DNA from: a virus
Lineage: Duplodnaviria; Caudoviricetes
Virus record (IMG/VR): IMGVR_UViG_3300046823_000374
Coordinates: 1-35,506 of that record
Strand: one strand, 5' to 3'
DNA length: 35,506 bases
The notes beneath the pieces are model-generated. The model made no database searches. It saw only the letters and a list, made by a program, of their open reading frames with translations, and was not told the origin of the DNA. Shown one piece after another: positions 25,219 through 32,896 of the stretch (the first letter of the stretch is position 1; each line of letters begins with the position of its first letter). A program made the translations under genes and the position numbers.

Positions 25219-26949
25219 ATGCGTGTCTGGGCGGATCTCTTCAATAACCAGGGTCAGTACCAGACGACCATCAACGGCGTGCCGATTGCCGGCCCGCTCC
25301 GTGGCATGCGCGACATTGCCTACACCCCGCGCGGCGCCCGCCTCAACGCCGCGGGCGAGTTGTCCTTTGCCATTCCCCTGGCCACCCGTCGCGCCACCGC
25401 GATCAACGAAGGGACCTTTATTCGCCTCTGGGAAGATGGCCGCGATCAGGGCTTGTTCATCGTCGGCGAGGGGAGCGAGTCCGACGATAGCACGCTCGCG
25501 ACCTTCCGCTGCTCCGACCTGCTGGAGGAGTTGCGCTGGTCGCTGCTCACCGGCTATGCGAACAACGGCGCGCTGCCGGTTGACCGGACCGCGGCGGACA
25601 TCGTGCGCCTCGCACAGGATTACGCCCTGCTGCCAACGGTCAGCGATTGGAGCCTGGTGCCGATCGCCGGCACCGCGGGGTTCTACCTCGGTACCAGCTA
25701 CGTCGTCGAGGCATCGTCCACGCTGGCGGCGCTGGTTGATCTCTGCCAACAAACCGGCTACGGATTTCGCCTCCAGGGAACGACGGACCGGGTGATTGAG
25801 TTCGGCGACTTGCGGGGGGACAGTGGGCTGCGGCTCCAGCGCGCCGGTGGCGATGCATCGCGGCAGCCGCCCGCCTATCTGCGCCCGATCACCGCACTCG
25901 CGCCGCAGCGCGATCCCCAGAGCATCACAACGCTTGTCGTCCCGGAGACGCAGGGCGTGGATGGCGCCAGCTTGCGGGACGTCTGGAACGAGACGGGGAA
26001 CACGCTCGTCGCCGGCACGGATGGCAACTGGCACCTGACCGGGCCGATCACCGATGGCTGGTACGACCCGACCTTCCCACTGATGCGCCGGCCACGGCCC
26101 GACCTGAAAGCGAGCGACGGCCAGGATGGTTGGACCTATTTCGTCGCGAATCAGGGTGCGCTGGCGACCCTGCGCAATCGGTGGCAGTCACAGTCGTTCA
26201 GCGAGATCCGGCCCGCATCGGCATTCATCAGTGATCGCCGGGCTGCTGCGGCCGCCGTCTATCGGGCCTGCGTCGCCTACCTCCAGGTGCACGCCGAAGC
26301 GCATCGCGTCCTCGATATCACGACCGTTGCCGCCGGCGACAACCGTGGCATCGCGGGCAAGGATGTGCAGGTCATCGACCATCATTTGGTCGATGGCGTC
26401 GTGACGCGCGACATCAACGAGTTTCGCACCATCGTCGACGTGACGCGCTCGGTGGATGCGACCGGGCTCGGCACCGACCACTGGACCGTCGACAATGTCG
26501 GGCGCCCGATCCGCGGCGACCGCCACGTGATCGGCGACACCTGGCGGCAGATGGTGGCGCTGGCGAAGAATCCGCGGCCCGTGATCTACACGCACACGCG
26601 GACCTACGCGAGCCACGTGCCGCGAGGCCAGAGCATGTCATTCACGATTCCGGCCGATCCGAACCAGCGGCGCACGCAGGTGCTCGTGCATCTCATGCCC
26701 GGCAAGGATGACGCCGGTTCTTCGCCGGACCTCGTCCTGTTCTTCGCCGGCGGCTATAGTTATCAGAGTGACAGTTACCAGACCGGCAACGGCGATCAAC
26801 CCGCTGATTTTGATATCAGTTTTGTCCCCGGCAACGCGCCCGCGCCTCTCGGACTCGATTCGCTGCACGATCTCGCCTGCTCGGTCGCCGTGGGCGCGCC
26901 TGGGAACATCACCGCCACCGTCACGATCGCGTACTCTGGACTGCGCTGA
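25219..26949 (+). CDS. Baseplate hub / Tal-like minor tail protein
   Basis: RLNAAGELSFAIP, CSDLLEEL and LAALVDLCQQTGYGFRL hub-like motifs. Confidence 0.7.
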   Translation: MRVWADLFNNQGQYQTTINGVPIAGPLRGMRDIAYTPRGARLNAAGELSFAIPLATRRATAINEGTFIRLWEDGRDQGLFIVGEGSESDDSTLATFRCSDLLEELRWSLLTGYANNGALPVDRTAADIVRLAQDYALLPTVSDWSLVPIAGTAGFYLGTSYVVEASSTLAALVDLCQQTGYGFRLQGTTDRVIEFGDLRGDSGLRLQRAGGDASRQPPAYLRPITALAPQRDPQSITTLVVPETQGVDGASLRDVWNETGNTLVAGTDGNWHLTGPITDGWYDPTFPLMRRPRPDLKASDGQDGWTYFVANQGALATLRNRWQSQSFSEIRPASAFISDRRAAAAAVYRACVAYLQVHAEAHRVLDITTVAAGDNRGIAGKDVQVIDHHLVDGVVTRDINEFRTIVDVTRSVDATGLGTDHWTVDNVGRPIRGDRHVIGDTWRQMVALAKNPRPVIYTHTRTYASHVPRGQSMSFTIPADPNQRRTQVLVHLMPGKDDAGSSPDLVLFFAGGYSYQSDSYQTGNGDQPADFDISFVPGNAPAPLGLDSLHDLACSVAVGAPGNITATVTIAYSGLR

Positions 26950-27230
26950 TGGACGCGAGCGTCGCCCTGATCACGACCCTCGGCGCGATCGCGGTGGCGC
27001 TGATTAGTGGTGGCTTCGCCTTCGCCACACAGCGCGGCAAGGGATCCGGTGACTATCTGCGCGAGCGGATCGCGGTCCTCGAAGCGCGTGAGGATAGCAC
27101 GCTCGCGCCGCTCGTCGCCGCGGTGCAAAGCCAGCAGGACTCGATCGCGCAGATCGCCCAGCTGGTCACGACGGTGATGGAGGAGATCCAGTACCGCCGC
27201 CGGCGTCAGCAAGAAGGGAGCGATGACTGA
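26949..27230 (+). CDS. Single-TM membrane protein with coiled coil
   Basis: N-terminal hydrophobic helix, then LRERIAVLE. Confidence 0.7.
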   Translation: MDASVALITTLGAIAVALISGGFAFATQRGKGSGDYLRERIAVLEAREDSTLAPLVAAVQSQQDSIAQIAQLVTTVMEEIQYRRRRQQEGSDD

Positions 27231-27478
27231 TGACCGCCTGGCTGAGTATTGCCGAGCTCCGACTGGTCGCACTCTACCTTGCCACGATTGCCAGTGCCGC
27301 CGTCCTCGGCTTCCTCGCCGCGCGGTCGATCAATCGCCAGCAACGGCGGGCCGCGGAGGTGGAGGCGGTGCAGCACATCATCGATGCGGACAAGCGACGG
27401 GAAGAGGCGGAAGCCCTCGCCCGCACGAGCGAGGCGCAGCGGCAGACGCTGTCCGCGCAAGGAGAGCGGTCTGGATGA
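27230..27478 (+). CDS. Single-TM membrane protein
   Basis: LVALYLATIASAAVLGFLAA followed by a charged helix; coupled start. Confidence 0.65.
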   Translation: MTAWLSIAELRLVALYLATIASAAVLGFLAARSINRQQRRAAEVEAVQHIIDADKRREEAEALARTSEAQRQTLSAQGERSG

Positions 27479-27849
27479 ACACGCGCCAATACCCGCCCAT
27501 TGAGGACGAGGGCGTCTCAGCACCCTACCGGGCGCCGGGGCCGCTCACGCGACAGATGCCGCGATCGCCCGCGCCCACGACGCTGCCGCCCCGGTTCTAC
27601 GAGCACACGGTTCTCGTCACCGCCGGCGTTCATGCATCGTGGCTCTGGTTCTGCGCCTGCGACAAGGTCCACGAGCAGGGCGGGAACCGCTTCCTGACGA
27701 TGACGGTCGTCCGGCAGTTGATGGACTTCGAGGGGCTCGGCGTCAAGGCGAAGCGCGTCGTCCAGGACGGGATCGACGCCGGGCTCTTCGCGCAGACGAA
27801 GAGCGGCATTCTCATTCAACTCGACGCCCTCGATGATCGTCGCGGGTGA
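27475..27849 (+). CDS. Hypothetical protein (wHTH-like C-terminus)
   Basis: GGAG RBS; ATGA overlap; 124 aa ending GIDAGLFAQTKSGILI. Confidence 0.55.
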   Translation: MNTRQYPPIEDEGVSAPYRAPGPLTRQMPRSPAPTTLPPRFYEHTVLVTAGVHASWLWFCACDKVHEQGGNRFLTMTVVRQLMDFEGLGVKAKRVVQDGIDAGLFAQTKSGILIQLDALDDRRG

Positions 27850-27980
27850 TTCTGCGCATAGGTACGTGAAGAGCCCGTAGCGTGGCTCTCAGCGCGTTTA
27901 CGGGGCATTGGAGAGGTGGCAACGGCGAACCGGGCGGGTGTCTCCACTCTTCCCCGACTCGACCCGGATTGCTGTCGCCT

Positions 27981-28583
27981 TTACGCTTTCGCGGCTGCTC
28001 GTTGCGCGGCTGCTCGTTGCGCTCCTGCTCGCTGCAACGCAGACCACGGCTTACCTTTCTTCGCGGCGCTGATGGCAGCGCGATGGGCGTCTGAAAAGCG
28101 TTTGCCCTTCTTGGCGAGGCTGATCTTCATGCCACGGTCTGGTTCGGGCGGCGGCAACTGAACGGTCACGCGGCTCAGGCGGATATTCTCAATGTGTTCC
28201 GCCGACAACTTGCGTCCGGTCAATGCGGCACTGATCTTCGCGTTGCGTGCGGGATTGTACTTGGCCACCGCGCGTCGTTTCTTCCAGCCCAGTTGCGTGT
28301 TCAACAGATCGTATCCGCCCGCACACAAAGCGGTTACCCAATAGTGTTCCCGTGCATCTGCGTGGTCGATGGCGACGCAATCAATGATGACCATCTCGGG
28401 CATGACGCCCAACGCGATGAGCGAACGAACCCAATCATCCTTCACCGTGCGACCCCGTCCGTGTCGATGGCGGCGCAGGCGATCTTTGGGATCGGTCGTT
28501 TGTCCGACATAGCGCGGGCGCAGCGTCGTCGGCTCAATGAGCATGTAGATGTAGGTGAACAGGCTGGTAGACTGAGCGAGCAT
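27981..28583 (-). CDS. Freestanding GIY-YIG homing endonuclease with NUMOD3 repeats
   Basis: YIYMLIEP...RYVGQT..P..RL..H, conserved E and N; repeated KIS.A..G...S..H...IS motifs; antisense to the late operon. Confidence 0.9.
   Translation of the reverse strand: MLAQSTSLFTYIYMLIEPTTLRPRYVGQTTDPKDRLRRHRHGRGRTVKDDWVRSLIALGVMPEMVIIDCVAIDHADAREHYWVTALCAGGYDLLNTQLGWKKRRAVAKYNPARNAKISAALTGRKLSAEHIENIRLSRVTVQLPPPEPDRGMKISLAKKGKRFSDAHRAAISAAKKGKPWSALQRAGAQRAAAQRAAAKA
27991..28035. repeat. 3 x 15-bp tandem repeat encoding the (A/L)QRA(G/A) tail of the endonuclease
   Basis: GCGGCTGCTCGTTGC twice, then GCTCCTGCTCGCTGC. Confidence 0.8.
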
Positions 28584-28677
28584 CGAAGTTACCCCTTCGG
28601 TGTCACGCCTCCGGCTGCTGATAACAGCGCGGGGGCATTCGTATGTCTCACCACATTATCGCATTGGGAGGTCATAA

Positions 28678-29982
28678 ATGCAAACAACACTGGACAGAGA
28701 ATCGTACATATTCAACGCGCTTTCGTTTGAGCAATATGAGGCAATCGTCAACGCGGGAAGCATGGGCATGACCAGTCCGATGCTCGGTCAAGAAAACTAT
28801 CAGGGCCTCATGTTGGCGAGCAAGGGCATCAACTCTGATGCGAGAGTCCTGCTTTCAGGACTTTTATGGGAAGGGCATTTTGGCACAGATCCGGGTCTGG
28901 CGGCTGCTGAGGTTCTGAATCTTTCCGGGATCAAGTGGGCGGGGCAGCGCAGCGCCACCGATTCCGGCATCCCCGCTGATACCGGCGGCACGTACGCGGC
29001 GTTCGCCACCCTGACAGCGTTCTTCGGTGAATATGCGCGCACCTTGGTCAACGAGTACATCGGCCCGTACTTCGAAGCCGGCGACATGGCGAATGCGTGG
29101 AGCGTCTACATCCAGGGGAGACCGAACAGCGGCCACGGCCAGGAACGTGTTGACCAGTGGGCGTACTACCGCGATCACTATCCACCGCAGGATACCGCCG
29201 GTCCTGTCAGCGGTGTGTACGGCGCGGACCTGATTGCCATGTTGCACACACAGATCGGTCACCCCTCCAGCGATGGGTATGATGCCCGAAATGGAAATCA
29301 CGCCTGGAGCTATTGGTGCCGCGCGGCGGTGGAATCCACCGGGCGCAACTGCGGGCTCGAGGTGGTTGCGCACACGAGCGCGCTGGCGGCGCAACAGGCG
29401 GCGGCGGCTCAGGGATTGCTCAACACGCGGGACGCACCGGAGCATGGCGCGGTGGTGCAGTTCGACACGCGATTCTACGCACCGGATGGTCACACTGGAT
29501 ACTGGGATGAAGACGAGGGGATGCTGCTCGGCACGCTCACAGACGGCACCGGCGTCGGGTACCGCCAATGGGGACCGGGGACGTACGGCTACGCGGGGTG
29601 GTACCGGTTGCCGGGCGTGTTGGCCCCGCGCCGCGATGCGACGGGGATGCCGCCGCCGATCCCCGCACCGGACGATAACTACGTGATTCCCGGCAATCCC
29701 TATAACGACCCGATCACCGATCCCAACAACCGGATTGGGGTGGGCGGCGGCATCAAGGCGAAGTGGCAGCAGACACCTGACCCGCTATCGATCTTCGGTT
29801 TCCCTGTTGCCAACGAGACCCAGGCGCTGGTGACGGAGCCGGACGGGATGACGGTGCAACAGCGGACGGTCCAGTTCTTTGAACGAACAGTCCTGATCTT
29901 TCAACCCGAACATGCCGGCACGGCATGGGAAGTGGTTGTGTCCCTCCGTGGTCAGACGATTACGGAACTGGTAGTCGCATGA
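28678..29982 (+). CDS. Endolysin (glucosaminidase-like + CHAP-like + cell-wall-binding repeat)
   Basis: EGHFGT...NLSGIK...YAAF; YWCRAAV...DGHTGY; C-terminal FGFPVANE...VQFFER; precedes the holin. Confidence 0.85.
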   Translation: MQTTLDRESYIFNALSFEQYEAIVNAGSMGMTSPMLGQENYQGLMLASKGINSDARVLLSGLLWEGHFGTDPGLAAAEVLNLSGIKWAGQRSATDSGIPADTGGTYAAFATLTAFFGEYARTLVNEYIGPYFEAGDMANAWSVYIQGRPNSGHGQERVDQWAYYRDHYPPQDTAGPVSGVYGADLIAMLHTQIGHPSSDGYDARNGNHAWSYWCRAAVESTGRNCGLEVVAHTSALAAQQAAAAQGLLNTRDAPEHGAVVQFDTRFYAPDGHTGYWDEDEGMLLGTLTDGTGVGYRQWGPGTYGYAGWYRLPGVLAPRRDATGMPPPIPAPDDNYVIPGNPYNDPITDPNNRIGVGGGIKAKWQQTPDPLSIFGFPVANETQALVTEPDGMTVQQRTVQFFERTVLIFQPEHAGTAWEVVVSLRGQTITELVVA

Positions 29983-30332
29983 ACGTCCCGGACCTCCTCG
30001 CCAGCATCATCCTGACGATCGTCGGCGCGGCCACCACCTGGCTGATCACGACGGCTGCGCTCTGGCTGCAGAAACACGTCTCGAGCGAGAAACTCGCGCT
30101 CGGCATGACGATCGCCCAGGTCGCGGTGCAGGCGACGGAGCAGCTGGCCGCGAAGACCGGCTGGGACGGCGACACGAAGTTCAAGGTGGCGCAGGAGCGA
30201 CTCCTCGCCCTCGCAAAGAACAATGGCATCAATTTGACGCCGGAGCAGGTGAGCAGCCTCATTGAGCACGCAGTGCACCAGTTGAAGGAGAGCCAGGAGC
30301 TGCTCCGTGCAGCAGCAGATCCCTTACCCTGA
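29979..30332 (+). CDS. Holin, LL-H family
   Basis: One TM segment, then AQVAVQATEQL...G..KF..A...GINLTPEQVSSLIEHAV. Confidence 0.88.
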   Translation: MNVPDLLASIILTIVGAATTWLITTAALWLQKHVSSEKLALGMTIAQVAVQATEQLAAKTGWDGDTKFKVAQERLLALAKNNGINLTPEQVSSLIEHAVHQLKESQELLRAAADPLP

Positions 30333-30356
30333 TCATCCCACCCTTCCCCATCTCCA

Positions 30357-30390
30357 GCCTCTTCCTCTGTCGCGGGGGAAGAGGCATTTT
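30357..30390 (+). terminator. Terminator at the end of the late operon
   Basis: GCCTCTTCC...GGAAGAGGC followed by ATTTT. Confidence 0.75.
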
Positions 30391-30596
30391 CATTTGGGAT
30401 CGTGCCCGTCCGTGGCCGGGATGGTTTGAACCGCTCTTCTATGGTTTATCCCGTCCCAACGCGCTTTTCGAGCGCCACCCATAGGGGTCGCTCTTCTCGC
30501 CCGCTCCGTAGCCCTCACTCCTCCAATCCAAGCACACGGAACCTTTCCTCAGCGTCACTGACCTGATGCTCGATGTCGCGGGCGTCACCTGACTCC

Positions 30597-31049
30597 TCAC
30601 CGGGTGAACAGCGTGATGACGATCGTCGCGGTGCTGATGATCACCGTGCCGAGCAGGAGCGCCGACCACGCTGGATGTGCGACGGAGAACCAGCCCAGCC
30701 ACTCCTCGACGCGCACGTTGCGCGAGCGATGGGCCATGAGCTGCGGGTTCGGGTTCACCCGTTGCGTGTGACGGTACTGGCCGTACACGGCAACGGGTGA
30801 ACCCGGCGCCGGCGGCAGCGATGGAGCAACGAACTGGGCGTAGAGCGCCGGTGACTGCGCGTAGAGTAGCACCCCCATCGTCTCGCGCTGTCGCTGCTTC
30901 GCGTGTTCGTCGGCGACGATAACCAGTGCGTGAATGACGGCGGGGAACCAGAGCAACCAGATGAGGAAGAAGTTCGCCAGCGCCTGGCCCGCGCGATTGA
31001 CCATCAAGAGCGCGATGGGCGGGCAGAGAAAACACATCAGATAGTCCAT
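30597..31049 (-). CDS. YqaE/Pmp3-like membrane protein with C-terminal extension
   Basis: MDYLMCFLCPPIALLM...QALANFFLIWLLWFPAVIHALVIV; one extra C-terminal TM segment; AAGGA RBS. Confidence 0.7.
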   Translation of the reverse strand: MDYLMCFLCPPIALLMVNRAGQALANFFLIWLLWFPAVIHALVIVADEHAKQRQRETMGVLLYAQSPALYAQFVAPSLPPAPGSPVAVYGQYRHTQRVNPNPQLMAHRSRNVRVEEWLGWFSVAHPAWSALLLGTVIISTATIVITLFTR

Positions 31050-31084
31050 GGTAGTTTCCTTTCGTGTCGTTGGTACACACGGTG

Positions 31085-31342
31085 TCAATCGGAGACGCGG
31101 GTGCAAACCGGAAAGTCGCGGTCATCTTGATCGCGCATCTCGCGCTGGATGATCGCGCTATCCACCGTCGCCTCAATCTGGGCATAGGTCATATGCTGAA
31201 AGCAATCCGTATCTTCGATGGCGATGCCACCGAACCACCCGGCGCGGATGCCGGTCTCCGGTTCGTCGCCTTGCCAATCGAGTACGACCTCGATGATCTT
31301 GCCGCAGACGGGACAAGTGACCTGCTCAACATCCTCGTTCAT
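31085..31342 (-). CDS. Small Zn-ribbon-like protein
   Basis: VTCPVCGKIIEV; ATGA-coupled to the WYL gene. Confidence 0.6.
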   Translation of the reverse strand: MNEDVEQVTCPVCGKIIEVVLDWQGDEPETGIRAGWFGGIAIEDTDCFQHMTYAQIEATVDSAIIQREMRDQDDRDFPVCTRVSD

Positions 31343-31596
31343 GCCGGCACGCCCTGAACCGGCAGCAGATGCACCGACGCGAAACGATCAACCCGAAAGG
31401 AGATCGTCGTGCCGCGAATGCTATCCCATCCTCTGAGAATATCCGCGCCGGCGTCGGTTGCGTACAGGCGCTCTGGGATGATCACGCGGGCCTTCTCGGT
31501 GACATCGCCGGTGCGGTAGAGCACGACGAGCGCGCCTTTCGTGCGGATGGCATTGTGCAGATTGTCATACAGTCGTACGGTGTCGGAGGTGCTCAT
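31339..31596 (-). CDS. Stand-alone WYL-domain protein
   Basis: AI......V.Y........R.I.P..L.......LRGWD..RG....FRVDRF WYL pattern; 85 aa, no HTH; GAGG RBS. Confidence 0.8.
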   Translation of the reverse strand: MSTSDTVRLYDNLHNAIRTKGALVVLYRTGDVTEKARVIIPERLYATDAGADILRGWDSIRGTTISFRVDRFASVHLLPVQGVPA

Positions 31597-31667
31597 GAGA
31601 CTTACCTCTCTGAGTGCTTGCCCTGTCGGTGGTCAGACGCCGGCGGGGCTTCTTCTTGTCTGTAACC

Positions 31668-31697
31668 ATTCTAACACGTATCAGCGTTGATTGTCAA
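31668..31697 (-). promoter_or_regulatory. Promoter of the WYL operon (duplicate of the hicAB promoter)
   Basis: Minus strand TTGACA, 18 bp spacer, TAGAAT. Confidence 0.75.
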
Positions 31698-31723
31698 GCG
31701 TTTTGGCGATAATGCGAACACGG

Positions 31724-31756
31724 AAAAGCCCTCCGCTATGGGGCGAGCGGAGGGCT
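31724..31756 (-). terminator. Terminator after hicB
   Basis: AGCCCTCCGCT/AGCGGAGGGCT stem with a U-tract on the minus strand. Confidence 0.75.
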
Positions 31757-31770
31757 ACGGGTCGGGGGGG

Positions 31771-31998
31771 CTATGCGTGGACGGGCACGTCCACATCAAC
31801 CGTAACGGCCTGCACCGAGTACGGGCGCGGCAACTCCTCATGATCGCGCACCATTGCCTCCAGGTGCATCCGCAGCGCCTCACGATAGCGTGCGATCGTC
31901 TCTTCGATGGTCGCGCCGGTGGCGATGCAGCCCGGCACATCGGGGGAATATGCGCCGTAGTTGTCGTCTGCCTTTTCGATCACCACGAGGTACTGCAT
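31771..31998 (-). CDS. hicB: HicB family antitoxin (short form, no DNA-binding domain)
   Basis: YLVVIEK...YGAYSPDVPGCIATGATIEE...EAL..HLE; AAGGAG RBS. Confidence 0.92.
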   Translation of the reverse strand: MQYLVVIEKADDNYGAYSPDVPGCIATGATIEETIARYREALRMHLEAMVRDHEELPRPYSVQAVTVDVDVPVHA

Positions 31999-32009
31999 CG
32001 GGTTCTCCT

Positions 32010-32204
32010 TTATGGCCGCCATCCGGCTTGCCGTTGAATGTTGTTCCATGTGCCGGGCGGAATGGTGTCGCTCGGCTTGCCCGCCACCGTGACCTTGCCG
32101 GGCTTCGTGGGATGCTCAAGTTGGCGATGGCTGCCCGTCTGAGAAGTGATGCGCCAGCCGTCCGCGTGGAGCCGCTTGAGTGCATCCGCCACCTTCGTTG
32201 CCAT
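32010..32204 (-). CDS. hicA: HicA family mRNA interferase toxin
   Basis: L.ADGW....TGSHRQLEHPTKPGKVTV.......IPPGT..NI.RQAG. Confidence 0.93.
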   Translation of the reverse strand: MATKVADALKRLHADGWRITSQTGSHRQLEHPTKPGKVTVAGKPSDTIPPGTWNNIQRQAGWRP

Positions 32205-32254
32205 CCCCGGCCCCCCTGAGTGTATCACCGTGTCAAGCACCTCTTGACAGTATC

Positions 32255-32283
32255 ATTCTAACACGTAATCGCGTTGATTGCAA
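32255..32283 (-). promoter_or_regulatory. hicAB promoter
   Basis: Minus strand TTGCAA, 17 bp spacer, TAGAAT. Confidence 0.75.
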
Positions 32284-32287
32284 GGGG

Positions 32288-32316
32288 TTGCATGCATCAA
32301 TCAAACACGCTAGAAT
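32288..32316 (+). promoter_or_regulatory. Divergent promoter giving a probable leaderless transcript
   Basis: TTGCAT, 17 bp spacer, TAGAAT; ATG 6 nt downstream. Confidence 0.65.
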
Positions 32317-32322
32317 AGAACG

Positions 32323-32520
32323 ATGAGAGGCTACATGACACTCAGGGAAATGGCAGAGCGGCTCGGGTACAAGAACGGGAATGGCCTGCGGTCGCAGATC
32401 CGGTTCGGCGCGCTCCATGCGGAGAAGGTGGGGCGAGACTGGGTCGTGTCTGAGCAGGAGTATGCGCGGTACGTATTGGAGCACGCGGGGAAGCCGGGGC
32501 GAAAGCCAAAGCCGCGCTGA
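32323..32520 (+). CDS. HTH_17 / excisionase-like DNA-binding protein
   Basis: MTLREMAERLG...LRSQIRFGALHAEKVGRDWVV...GKPGRK. Confidence 0.85.
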   Translation: MRGYMTLREMAERLGYKNGNGLRSQIRFGALHAEKVGRDWVVSEQEYARYVLEHAGKPGRKPKPR

Positions 32521-32530
32521 TGGAGGATGA

Positions 32531-32722
32531 ATGCCACGGATCAAATCAACTCCGGCAACCCGCGCCGTGATCCTCGCCTATCTGCTCGCGCCGCGGGCGA
32601 ATGAGCCTGCCGCGCCCACGGAGACGGCAATCCCTGACGATACACACACACAGACACACACATCGCCGCACGACGATCAATCAGGCGTATCCGGTTTATC
32701 CAGTTGTGACAAGGGAAAGTAG
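32531..32722 (+). CDS. Small hypothetical ORF overlapping the att arm
   Basis: GGAGG RBS; the C-terminal half is low complexity. Confidence 0.35.
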   Translation: MPRIKSTPATRAVILAYLLAPRANEPAAPTETAIPDDTHTQTHTSPHDDQSGVSGLSSCDKGK

Positions 32723-32723
32723 G

Positions 32724-32769
32724 TGGCTGGGGCGCAGGGATTCGAACCCCACCTACCTGATCCAGAGTC
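32724..32769 (-). other. attP core: 3' half of tRNA-Gln(CUG)
   Basis: Minus strand GACTCTGGATCAGG-TAGG-TGGGGTTCGAATCCCTG-CGCCCCA-G-CCA gives anticodon loop CTG, T arm, acceptor 3' strand and CCA; 5' half absent; about 130 bp from the integrase stop. Confidence 0.88.
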
Positions 32770-32896
32770 GTTTTAGGTGGCAAAGAGTGGGGGAGAGTGA
32801 TAGGCCGTTTCCTCACCCCCGCTGGGAGAACCGGCAGTTCAATCCGCTCACTCTCTGGCATAGCCCCACGTGATAGGCACACAAAATCACACACAC

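Noticed and set aside
26750-26830. DGR variable region in the AT-richer C-terminal patch of the hub gene
   Set aside because: No reverse transcriptase gene and no template-repeat copy were found in the genome.
27850-28677. Group I intron housing the GIY-YIG gene
   Set aside because: The flanking genes are intact and separate, the endonuclease is antisense with its own promoter, and no P7-type core was recognised.
30439-30590. Small leftward ORF after the Pmp3-like gene
   Set aside because: There is a possible GTG with an RBS, but the product is short and featureless and coding support is too weak.
32724-32769. Functional phage tRNA gene
   Set aside because: Only the anticodon loop to CCA is present; the D arm and 5' acceptor strand are missing.
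32828-32842. LexA (GAAC-N4-GTTC) box near the integrase end
   Set aside because: The spacing is N5 and it is not at a promoter; no convincing SOS box was seen at the switch region either.
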